Shown here: in pieces, positions 39,636-51,073 of the stretch
How positions within the stretch are numbered: position 1 is the first letter of the stretch
How the letters are laid out: each line of letters opens with the position of its first letter
From: Heptranchias perlo
Lineage: Eukaryota
Reading direction: 5' to 3'
DNA: 64,000 nucleotides
Assembly: GCF_035084215.1 (NCBI RefSeq)
Contig: NC_090340.1
Location: 3,534,001-3,598,000, forward strand
Translations under genes and position numbers: made by a program
The notes under the pieces: model-generated
What the model was told of the DNA's origin: nothing
Databases searched by the model: none
The model's input: the letters and a program-made list of their open reading frames with translations, nothing else

Positions 39636-40644
39636 TAAATGCATTCTGTCTTTGACCCCCGCAACTACATCATTGCTTTCCAGTGCAGTAATAGTTTATT
39701 TGATCAATACTGCCACCCCCGCCTTCCTTTCTACCCTACCTTTCCTGAATACATTGTAGCCAAGAATATCAATACCCAAATCCTCCCCTTCTTTGAGCCA
39801 GGTCTCTGTTATTGCCACTATGTCATAGCACCATTTGGCGACTTCAGTCTGCAGCTCTCCATCCTTATTTGCCATGGTACATGCGTTTACACAAATGCAC
39901 TCTAAACTTATCTTAAATTGCCTGGCATTTGCCCCCTATCTGATCCCTACTGATGCAGAATTATTCTTTACCCTCGTGCTACTTGTCTCTTCCAATCCTC
40001 TGTGGACCTTGTTTGCCGTCTCACATGTTTCGTCTTGGTGCTCATCCTCCTTTAGTGTAAACCCTACCCCACAGCAAGTTAACATCCCCGCAAGTACATT
40101 GGTCCCAGCTCTGTTGAGGTGCAACACATTCATCTCGAACAGATCCCATCTGCCCCAGAAATAGTCCCAATGCCCCAGGAATCTGAAGGGCCCCCTCCGG
40201 CACCATTGCTCCAGCCACTCTTTAACCTGTCTTATCCTACTAGGCTTATACCAACTAGAGTATAGAACTGGGAGTAATCCCGGGGACTCCAGTACTCCCA
40301 GGGGACTCCTGCACTGCCTGCCTGTTCTTACCAGTCTGTCTGTCCCACTTCCTCTCCGCCTCAATTCTCTGTAGCTGCGAGGTAACAATCTTCTGAAACG
40401 TGCTGTCCATGAAACTCTCAGCTTACCCTATTCATTGTAGTGACGCCAGCCGCGCCTCAAGCTCAGAAACTCTGAGCACAAGCTCGAGCAGATGGCGGCA
40501 TTTCCTGCACATGTGGTTTTCCAGGACACACCAAGTGTTCTGGAGATCCCACATGGGACAGGATGTGCATGCGACAGGCCCCTGCTGTCCTGCCATGTTA
40601 ACTCCAGTTATTTAAACTGTTTGTTTACATTTAAGCCAATTTAA

Positions 40645-42900
40645 TATAGAAAATAGGAGCAAGAGTAGGCCATTCGGCCCTTTGGGCCTGCTCCCCCATT
40701 CAATATGATCATGGCTGATCGTCTAACTCAGTGCTCTGTTCCCGCTTTATGCCCATATCCCTTGATCCCTTCAGCATTAAGAAATGTGTCTATCTCCTTC
40801 TTGAATACATCTAATGACATGGCCTCCACTACCTTCTGTGGTAGAGAATTCCATAGGTTCACCACCCTCTGAGTGAAGAAATGTCTCCTCATCTTGGTTC
40901 TAAATGATATAGTCTCTATCCTGACACTGTGACCCCTGATTTTGAGCTCCACAGCCATCGGGAACATCCTCCCTGCATCTAGTCTGTCTAGTCCTGTTAG
41001 AATTTTATATCTTTCGATGAGGTCACCTCTCATTCTTCTAAACTCCAGTGAATATATGCCTAGTCGACCAATCTATCCTCATACGTCACTCCTGCCATCC
41101 CAGGAATCAGTCTGGTAAACCTTCGTGGCACTCCCTCCATGGCAAGGACATTCTTCTTCAGATAAGGGGACCAAAACTGCACACAACACTCCAGATGTGG
41201 TCTCACTAAGGCCCTGTATAACTGCAGTAAGACATCCCTTCTCCTGTACTCAAATCCTCTTGCAATGAAGGCCAACATACCATTCGCCATCCGAACTGCT
41301 TGCTGCACCTGAATGCTGGTTTTCAGCGACTGGTATACAAGGACACCCAGATCTCGTTGCACCTCCCCTTTTCCCAATCTATCACAATTCAGCTAATAAT
41401 CTGCCTTTCTGTTTTTTGCAACCAAAGTGGATAACCTCACATTTCTCCATGTTATACTGCATCTGCCATGTTCTTGCCCACTCACGCAACTTGTCTAAAT
41501 CACATTGGAGCTTCTTTGCATCCTCCTCAAAGCTCACATTCCACCCCAGCTTTGTGTCGTCTGCAAACTTGGCAATGTTACATTTAGTTCCCTCATTTTA
41601 GTCATTGATATATATTGTGAATAGCTGGGGCCCAAGCACTGATCCCTGCGGTACCCCACTAGTCACTGCCTGCCACCCGGAAAAAAAACCTGTCTGTCGA
41701 TTAATTCTCAATCCATGCCAGTATATTCTCCCCAATCCCATGTGCTTTAATTTTGCACACTAACCTCTTGTGTGGGAACTGATCAAAAGCCTTCTGAAAA
41801 TCAAATACACCACATCCACTGGTTCTGCCCAACCTATTCCACTAGTTACATTCTCAAAAAACTCCAGTAGATTTGTTGAGCATGATTTCCCTTTCATAAA
41901 CCCATGCTGACTTTGTCCAATCCCGTTAATGCCCACCAAATGTTCTGTTATCACATCTTTTATAATATAGTCTAGCTTTTTCCCCACTACTGATGTTAGG
42001 CTAACCAGTCTGTAATTCCCTGTTTTTTCTCTCCCTCCTTTTTTAAGTAGTGGGGTTACATTTGCCACCCTCCAATCTGTAGGAACACTTCCAGAGTCTA
42101 TAGAATTTTGGAAGATGATCACCAATGCATCCACTATTTTCAGTTCAACTTCCTTTAGTACTCTGGGATATAGATTATCAGGCCCTGGGGATTTGTCAGC
42201 CTTTAGCCCCATTAATTTCCTGAGCACTTTTTTTTACTAATACTCGTTTCCTTCAGTTCCTCCCTCTCAGGAGACCCTTAGTTCCCTAACATTTCTGGCA
42301 GGTTATTTGAATCCTCCTTTGTGAAAGTATGTGTTCAATTGTTCTGCCATTTCTTTATTGCCCGTTATAATTTCCCCCATTTCTGATTGTAAGGGACCGA
42401 CGTTTGTCTTCACTAATCTTTTTAGTGGGAATTTACCCTTTATCTAACACTAAAACACTAACCACTAAAAAACAAAAACCAACCATTAAGGCACTAACCA
42501 CAACAACAATAACCACTAAAAACACTAACCAATTAACTAATTAATGGCTGACTTGCACGCGACTCTCCTCTTTGTCTTGTGACGTCACTTTTTGACTTTC
42601 TCGATTTTTGATTTCTTGCGCCGCTCCCTTCACGCTCCGCTTAATCATAGTTGTTTTTAATTAAGTTTTATAAGTTGATAGATTAGTTTACAGTTCCTTG
42701 ATTTAAATCGCGTAGCACCTCCTTCCCCCTTTGCACCTAATTCCCACACTCACCAAATTCCCAATTGAAAGTCGTCAGTTTGTCAGCAATTAATTTACCT
42801 TACTATTTACCAGTGAATTCCCACACTCTACAAATTCCTGATTGAAGGTCCTCACTCGGTTAGCAATCCACTCATTTACAGGTTCACTCTCTGTCTTTGC
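40645..42900 (-). mobile_element. CR1 LINE with internal deletion; probable 5' UTR remnant at 42430-42900
   Basis: RT ORFs at 40728-42227; low-complexity region and about 77-bp tandem duplication at 42739-42870. Confidence 0.8.
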
Positions 42901-42986
42901 CAACCTCTGTAGGCAAGCTTAGGACGTTCTCGCTCTCTCTTTGAAAGTTGTGTTCACTTTGTTAAAAAGACTAAATGATTTCTTAA

Positions 42987-43097
42987 CTTTATTTTTCTTT
43001 GAGAGACATCGCTTTCCAATGATGAGAGCCAACGCCAGGAATATCAATCCGCCCGCTGCACATGCTGAAATCAGCAAGTAACCGGTGAACTCACCAC
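42987..43097 (-). pseudogene. Gene B exon 4, transmembrane (YLLISACAAGGLIFLALALIIG-KRCLSKKNK), mutated donor
   Basis: cttgtag| acceptor; ends AAAG|ttaaga where gene A has AAAG|gtaagg. Confidence 0.85.
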
Positions 43098-43702
43098 CTA
43101 CAAGATTTAGGTGAAATGTACAAATATGAAGCAGTGCACTGTTCAATTGAACAATATCATGACTTAAAAGGTCAGCAACATTTTAATCAATTGTTGCTAT
43201 TTTAGTAATGTTATATTTAAGGTATAGTTTTATGAAACAAAATACAAAATGCAGAGCTATGTTTTTTTTCATGCGTGAGGAACACATTACTGTTATATTA
43301 TCTTGCTTGAAACTCAAATCTGATTGAAATAAGTTTGCGATATAAATGTGATAATGATTAATTTGTTACTTGTTATGACGGCTAACAGTAGTTGCTAAAA
43401 TTGCAGCATGCTGCAGATTTCGAGCAAGGTTTGAAGAATGCAGCAGGCAGCGGTCCCGCCTCTCGGCGTAACGACTTGGAACTGCAGGACGCGAGTTACT
43501 GCTCGATGTTGTCCCAGGCGTCAGTTCCATGTCTCGACCGTGACTCCCACTGAGGCAAGGGGTGCCGAACAACGTTGGCTTTGGAGCTGAACACCTGGCA
43601 GAAATCCATGGATAATTATATTTGCTCTTAGCAAACAAATGATGGGGGAGGCATCTCAGAAAATAGTTTTACTTGCAGGATAACTGAGATCTGCAATCTT
43701 AC

Positions 43703-44011
43703 CTGTTGGGTAGAGGAAAATGTGAGTGGCTATGGCAGGAGTTTCGATGGTATTGTGAGACACCAGGCAGGTATACACAGTCCCGGTTCGGACAGGCTGC
43801 GTCTCTTCCAAACGGCTGGAAGCTTCATATAGTCCATCGGTTTTGAGTTGAATAATGCTATTTATCCCTGGTGTAGTTTTAGTCAAATTTTTATACCAAG
43901 TGAAGGTGATATTCTCCGGGTAAAACGGATTTGTCGCACACACAACAGTTAGAGACGAAGATGAATCCTTTCCAGGTTCCCGAGAGATAATTTTCAGTGG
44001 AGTTGGCGGAA
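43703..44011 (-). pseudogene. Gene B exon 3, C1-set Ig domain
   Basis: tttttctag| acceptor; VVCATNPFYPENITFTWYKN...YTCLVSH; donor G|gtaaga; 309 bp as in gene A. Confidence 0.92.
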
Positions 44012-44946
44012 CTAGAAAAATGGAGGAAAATAACGTTACTGGGGCATCATTCAAGGTTATCAACATGTCGTTTTGTTTCGGCCCATTACTGACAGCACAA
44101 AGAGGGAGTTGTTCACTGTGTGTTATCCGTAGCGACATCGTTAACGGCATCTTCATAAATGTTAACTTTATATCGGGGGTAATTTAAACTTTTATCGTAG
44201 GGCGAAAAACGGGTCCAACTGATGGGAAAAATATCGAGCGGGTTCTAAAAAGGGCGGCCGATTCACTATCGCCTGTTTTGCGCTCACCGCCGAAGCCCAT
44301 ATTCACTCTCAAGTATAATAACTGACAAGAAAGTACAATTGAACAAACGCGAGGGGCTTTGGCACACAAGTTCTGGGTGATATCTTATTTACTGAAGTGT
44401 GAAAGGATGATGAAAATGTGGAGTTTGTGGTCAGGTAAGTTTTCGGAATTTAACTGTTAATAACATCGGAGTTGCAAGCATCTTAACATATAGACCATTA
44501 AATTATAAACGCGGGAAGCTGAATTTTAATAGAAACTGTCAGCCCTCCTTAACCAACGCAAACAGAATAAACCATCATACAGGGTAAGATCCGTGCTTAC
44601 CGGGCAAATGCGCGCTCGTGTGCAATTCAGTCGAGACACATCCTTTAATCAGCAATTTTACCTTCACATGCTGAATGTGCACTTTGAGGTAAAATGATTA
44701 ACTCCTGTTAATGAATATTGGTGAAATATATATCATTCTACCGGATAATTGGAATGCATACAAAAATACAACGATTGTTATTTGAGTTTCAATGTGAATC
44801 CTTCAAAGCACAACCGACAAATGCGTATACAAGTGTGAAACAGTGTAGAATGTAAACAATACTAAAGCATGATTCATGCGCTGGATAAATCTGCTGTGAA
44901 ATGTTACGGTCAGGTTGATCTTCTTCGCCGCTATTGTTAAACTTAC

Positions 44947-45267
44947 CCCATACAGTTAAATTGGATCCCCTTCCGTTTCCAACTAGACTCCCTTGATGGG
45001 AGATAGTACAATAGTATACTCCCGAGTCCTTTACACTCACATTGAGTAGCTGAAGGAAGCCGCTGAACTAAGTTCTGAAGCCAGTTAATTTTCTGTCATC
45101 CAGCCCTGTACTTAGATATTCATTGTCACCCTGTTTCCACCAGTTCACCTTCACACGTGGGCCATATCGAAAGAAGGAAATCGAGCAATGAAAGGAGACG
45201 TTTGCACCCGTATTTCTGCTCACGGTTTCGGGGAGTTGAGTCAATTTGACCAAAGTTTCAGCGGAGC
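44947..45267 (-). pseudogene. Gene B exon 2, VJ-type V domain with in-frame stop
   Basis: ORFs 45068-45283 and 44789-45040 are one frame separated by TAG; VSFHC...NWW...DSGVYYC...[11 protein letters not shown]; donor G|gtaagt. Confidence 0.92.
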
Positions 45268-45434
45268 CTATCAGAAAAGACAATCACAATATAATTAGTG
45301 AGGTTATATTTCAGGACGAAAAGCTCGAGGTTAGTGGAATCAGGCAAACAGTCCAAAAGGCAATGATACATTTTATGTGAAGGAGAATCTATGCAATTAT
45401 GCGTTTTTGCGAGAATGCAGGATATAGAAGGAAC

Positions 45435-45489
45435 CTGTGAAAATGATCCCCAGAACAGAGATGCATTGGAGTACAACACTCGCCAACAT
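45435..45489 (-). pseudogene. Gene B exon 1, signal peptide MLASVVLQCISVLGIIFT(G)
   Basis: ATG at 45489, phase-1 donor CAG|gttcct; homologous to the gene A leader; 167-bp intron versus 160 bp in gene A. Confidence 0.75.
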
Positions 45490-48289
45490 TCTGACCCAAT
45501 TGATCACTCAGACCGGGAGCTGGCTGATGGTTTGTAAGAACACTGAGTGGGCGGACTTTGAAATACGTCACCGTGAAGCGTGTCCTGTGTATGGGTACTG
45601 AAAATGCCTTTTTTGTCCCTTTTGTGAGATTTGCTGAAACAATTTTATATTCGCCAGAAGAGGGCGCAGCTCGCAATTTGAAGTTTTTACACGGAGCAGC
45701 TGGACGAGCCTCGCCCCCCGACCTTCTAACCTGAGGAAAACCATGATGCACAGCGGGAATTCGAGCTTTCAGTGCTCGGTGCCTGTAATTTCCATGCGCG
45801 CTCTGTGGCGGCAGACCGACGGTCCCTGGAAAACGGCGAGAATTGTTAATCCTGGCCATTTACCCTGTCTGTTCAGGGTTTCCGCTGATCATTTGCCGAA
45901 GAAACGGTGGGAGATTGTGAGAACTCCGTCAAAATTCTCCATCAGTGTCTTACAATAGCTCAGATGAGACAGGAGAGGTGTTTTGGACAGTGATGCAGGA
46001 AATTGTGAAAGGCTTAAAGCACTACGTTCCATAACTTCCTTGAGAAATCTCCAGATTTTCCGCGGTAGCTTCGGAGACTTGTGCTAACCTCGTAGAAACG
46101 AAACGCCACTGTTTTTAATTGATGTTAGACAAAAATATCTAGGATAATTAACAATGACTATTCGATCAGTGCTCTGTGATTGTACAATCAAGATCTCATC
46201 AGCAATGCCGATCTTTCCCATATTTAAAACACACGTTGAAGCGTCTTTATTGTTATTCAATGATGCAATTCGATTACTGTGGAAGAGGGCGGACTTGTCT
46301 GTTGCAGCATTTAACGGCTTGCAGATGCTCCAAACGGCAAGGACACACATATAAACTGAACAAATTTGTGTAAAAGCACAAAGGTTTATAGGAAAATAAT
46401 CTCTGGCACGTGTGCAGGTGGATAGAGAGGCACCAAGTGCATTAATGCAACTGATGACCTGAGACAGAGGCGGGGGTGGGGGGTGCGATATGGTGGAGGA
46501 GACACGGGGCGCTGGGCACAGAATAGCGTAGGGCCCGAAAGAAAGAAGAACAGGGAAAATAGAAGGAGATTGCCAGGAGAGTCAGTACTAAAATATCCAC
46601 CATTCCCAACAAGAAAGAACAGTTAGACGTTCAGCGAGTTTAAAACGTTAGCCAAAATCAGAGTAGCCAGCCAAAACCTAAACGAATGGACTCTTACAGT
46701 CACTTCCCCAGCTCGGCATCGTACGGTTTAAATTGTTTACCATCATGCTCAAGTGGTGGCATAAGTTTGTTATGCCCTATTCTTCATCTAACAGCCTCCC
46801 TTCACTGGGAGTTCGGTGAGACCCCAATTTTTGCCGTTTCTCCAGGATTTCCACCAAAATTCCACCGAAGTTACGGGAGGAGATTGGGAGGACCCCGTGG
46901 AAACTCTGGGCTTTTATCATGAAAGCCTAACCACTCCTTTTTCTGAAAGTGACATATCCTCAGTAGCCTATTCCAACATATCTTCATGTTTTTCTCATCC
47001 AGCTGGGCCTAAAGAGGACGAACCCGGCCATAGCAGCTTTAGCCCTGCCAACGCTTCAGAGGATGTGCTATTGCTCGTTCTCGCCATTGCAAACACTAAA
47101 CAAGAGACATGCACCGTGGGGAATTAGAGAGCAGAATGCATTGGCTGACACAGAGAACTGAAGTTGAGCAGAAGCAGCGGCTCGTGATATATGCAGAAAA
47201 GGCATTGCTTAACAGAAGGTTCGAATATAACACCCCTTGGATGCGGGGACTTGTTACTCATTTTTCATGGAACCTGATTTTTTTAATAAAGAGAGTTTAT
47301 AGATCTCAAACACACGTACAGGTAATGGAGACGATACTGGATGATGTGCACAGATGGCAGTTCATAGGGAGAACTCCACTGCCCGCATGTGCAGTATATT
47401 ATCAGATATCTTGACGGTACTGAAGTCCACTTTGGAGATTGTGACAGTTCCAAAGAGAGTCCTTAAGGGCAGTCTGTCGTTATTCCGGGAATAATTACAC
47501 ATCTGCCATAGAAGCCTAGGGTAGCATATTGGAAAGGAGCTATGTCATCCAGCGCCCAAGTTATTAGAATTGTGGTATCGAAGGCCGTCAGACGTTGTTT
47601 CGCTGAGCTTGTTGCTGCTGTTAGGCTTGTTCTTTCACACTTCAATGATCATGTGGGGGCAGCACACAGTACTCGTGGTACAAGACGAATGGAAATAGAT
47701 GATAGTGCTGCCCCTCAGAATGGCAAGCCATGTCGGCCCCTAGCAGCCATCTGCATTGCCTGCACGTGACGAAAGAATGCAAAATAAGGCTGCGCCTCAT
47801 GCAGCACAAGATTCAGTTTACGGAAAATACTTCTCAGGACTCAACTGCCACAGAATGAGGGCCATCTCAGTCCCTGAACGTCCCAATAGCAAAAGATAAG
47901 CTAGTTACCTCATGCACTCCAGTTACTTGAGCTGGCATCTAAGGGAAGTACAAGGCAATTATTACAAGCACTTTCATCATACACTAGCACCAATGGAGAA
48001 TAGCAGCGCCTGAAAGCACTGTTCTTGGTCAAAATATAGGTTTCCATTAAACGAATTGTCGCGGTTAAGCTATTGCACTACAGGTATTCTTGCAAGGTTT
48101 GACTGTTGTTTTCATCAGGTGGCACGTATTACGTGTTAGTGCAAGGTATGTTCTCCTCTCTCTGCAGATGTTGACGTTGGAGTATGAGCCACTGGTCACA
48201 GAGGAGCACTCATGTAGCTTGACCTGGCTAGTAAAGTTTGTTCGGCCCTCGTTTCCTTCCAAACATTCCCGATAGCGAGGTTACCATTG

Positions 48290-48705
48290 GGAAACCACTG
48301 GTAGCAAGCCTTTGTGTCAGAAGATCATGGATTCAAGGGCCTTTCCAGGATTTCCAGCACCTAATGCCAGCTGACACTTCAGCGCAGTACTGAGGGGGTG
48401 CTGGATTGTTAAAGCGGTAACATTAAACCGAGATCGTTTGTGCCTGTTCAAGCAAAAAATCCAATGTCACTTTTTGGAAAATAGCAGACGAGTTCTCCTG
48501 GTGGGCTGGCGAATGTTTCTGCTTCAGCTATACCATGACAACGGATTAACTGATTATTTATCCTCGCGATATTTATGATATCTTGCTGCGAGCAAATTGG
48601 CTGCTGAATTTGCTCATGTAACAATAACCACATCTCAACGGCAGTTCTTTGGCTGCAATGCGCTTTGGGACGCCTGAGAAGGTTATAGGCTATATGTAAA
48701 TGCCT
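48290..48705 (+). mobile_element. Decayed Deu-core SINE
   Basis: gctgacacttcagcgcagtactgaggg...gcgctttgggacg. Confidence 0.7.
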
Positions 48706-50044
48706 ATTTTATCTACCTTACCTTTTTTCTTTTCTTTCTTCTTTCTTTTTCTCGCTCTTTCTTCCTTTATTAATGCAGAAATGGCGCTGGGACAAACAAA
48801 AGCGGTTTTCCTGACCTCCTCTCACTCAGTCCCTTCACTAGCGTTTCCAACGGTCTCGGCTGAAATTAGTGAAGGAGACCGGCGATAACCCCATGGAATT
48901 TCAGAACCGTGACAACGGATTATAGATTGAAGTTGTGTCAGTGAAAGTGTTAATTGACTCTGGATACCTCAAAGAATCATTCGACCACTTCAACAGAATA
49001 GAATGAAACGTTGCTTCAACGCTGCAAAATAAACAATTTGCATTGATATAGCGCCTACCTCGGGACGTCCCAAAGCGCTTTACAACCAATGAAGTGCTTT
49101 GAAATGTAGGGAAACGTAGCAACTAATTTGGGCAAAGTTTATTCCACAAAAATTCAAATCATCACATCTGTTTTAGTGATGTTGGTTCTTACAATCTACC
49201 GCTGTATCTCGGGCGATGGTTGCCGATCCACTGGCGGGTTCCACTGTCCGCCCCTTCCATTACCTACTCGAGATGGTCGAGGTGAAGTCAGGGTATAACT
49301 TCCGCCTTTAAAATATTTCAACCAAATTAGCCTAAATAATTAACGTTATGAATATGTATTCTAGTTAAACATCTGTCCCAATTTTAATTTCCATTCAAGT
49401 CGATGGAGATGAAAACCGGGAGAGATGTAAAACGGGCTATTAACACCAGTTTTACAGTGTCGTCACAAATCAAATGCATCCCCTTTCTCTAATATTATCC
49501 ATAGGACGTGCTTTTCTCACTCTAATATAATCCGTTATCGATTCCTTCATGTGTCTCCATATTGTGGACGCGAGACTACCATGTCTTTTGTGAATTCTCT
49601 TTCCTAAACTCAACTCACATACAAAGAACGTTGCAGTAACTGTGCTGCTGATGAAATCTTTTATTAATTCAATCGAAGATGAAAAAGGACCTATTCCCTT
49701 CCCAGTCGTGGAGAGTATCCCAACCCCTCGCCTCTCACCTCTCGCCGAGACATCCACCCGAGCCTTCAGCCTAGCTTGCAACCATTTCGAGAAATGACCT
49801 TCCCTACAATTGGATCGACAGTTTTGGCCGCGGGACCTGCATGATTACAGAAGGAATAACAAAAGCACCTGGGCAAAAATCCCCGGCGCTGAAAGTTTTC
49901 CGACGGAAATGTCTCGCAAAAAAAAAATGTCGTTTGCTGCGAAATGAATGCTAAGCCAAGACATTCTGGAATACAAAAATGAAAGATGATAGAAGGTGAT
50001 CTGTGAGCAATTACTTCGAACACCATTTGGTTAACAGTAGGCAA

Positions 50045-50350
50045 GGAAAGAAGTTGGGTTTGTATAGCGCCGCTTAACCGGCTTTTTTGTCATGTTAGTT
50101 GAGGGATAATTTTTGGCCAGGACACCGCGGAGAACTCCACTGCTCTTCTACTAATATTGCCATGGGATTTTTTACGTTCACCTACAGGATGGACGAAGAC
50201 TTGGTTTAACGTCCCATCTGACAGTGCAGACTCCCTGAATGCTGCACTGGAGTATCAGCCTGGATTATGCATTAAAGTCGCTGGAATGAGGCTTCAACCC
50301 AAAACCTTCTAACAGAGGCGAAAACGCTACCACTGAGCCAAGGCTGACAC
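50045..50350 (-). mobile_element. Deu-core SINE, internally deleted
   Basis: Reverse-strand head ttggctcagtggtagc and core atcccatggcaata. Confidence 0.75.
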
Positions 50351-50444
50351 ACTTTAAGTGCGAAATAAATAAATTTAAGCAGTGGTGCATAGTCCTGTGA
50401 TTAACGTAGATTGGTGCTGTTTTCCACACCAAAATAAGTATCAT

Positions 50445-51073
50445 AGCATCATAGTGCCAAGGAAGGTACAACACAAGAAGAGGCCATTCGGCCTATTGTG
50501 CCTGTGCCGGCTCTTTGAAAGAGCTATCCACTCCGCCTGCTCTTTCCCCATAGCCTTGTAAATGTTTTCCCTTCAAGTATTTATCTAATTTCCTTTTGAA
50601 ACTTATTATTGAATCTGCTTCCACCACTCTTTCAGGCAGTGCATTCCAGATCATTACAATTCGCTGCATAATAAAATGTTTCCTCATTCGCCTTTGGAAC
50701 TTTTGCCAATCACCTTCAAACTGTTTCCTCTGGTTACCAACGCTTCTGCTACTGGAAACAGTTCCTCCTTATTTACTCTATTAAAACCGATCATGATCTT
50801 GAACACCTCTATCAAATCTCCCCTTAATCGTTTATATTCTAAGGAATGTAACGACAGCTTCTCCAACCTTTCCACATATCAAGAGGCAGCGAGTGGCAGT
50901 GGCATATAGTCCCTCATCCCTGGTACTATTCCAGTAAATCTCTTCTGCATCCTTGATAAGAAACTTACATCCTTCCTAAAATGTGGTGCCCAGGACTGAA
51001 CACAATACTCCATCTGATTCCTAACCAGTGATTTAGAAAGATTTAGCATAACTTCCTTGCTTTTGTACTCTAT
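50445..51073 (-). mobile_element. CR1 3' fragment
   Basis: EYKSKEVMLNL...ERLEKL...WNALPERV. Confidence 0.88.

Larger units (their letters stand above)
35900..40610 (-). mobile_element. Decayed CR1 (ORF1 zinc finger/esterase to 3' tail) hosting L2 and Penelope inserts
   Basis: RT motifs at 36137-37884; ORF1 FLGHWDYFWGRWDL...LHLNRAGT at 40060-40240 and a Cys-rich N-terminus at about 40450-40596. Confidence 0.75.
29417..45489 (-). pseudogene. Gene B: VJ-C1-TM inhibitory-type receptor with ITIM/ITSM-like tail, disabled
   Basis: Exons 45489-45435, 45267-44947, 44011-43703, 43097-42987, 35035-34992, 29899-29793, 29584-29417. Lesions: TAG at 45068-45070, donor TT at 42986-42985, and a 107-bp exon 6. 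Confidence 0.85.

Noticed and set aside
42919-42986. Read-through short tail as a functional isoform of gene B
   Set aside because: The upstream TAG in the V exon would terminate translation first.
8633-45267. Rearranging Ig light chain or TCR locus
   Set aside because: V and J-like segments are in one exon, I saw no heptamer/nonamer RSS, and C1 is followed by TM and tail exons without the charged TM residues of TCR chains.
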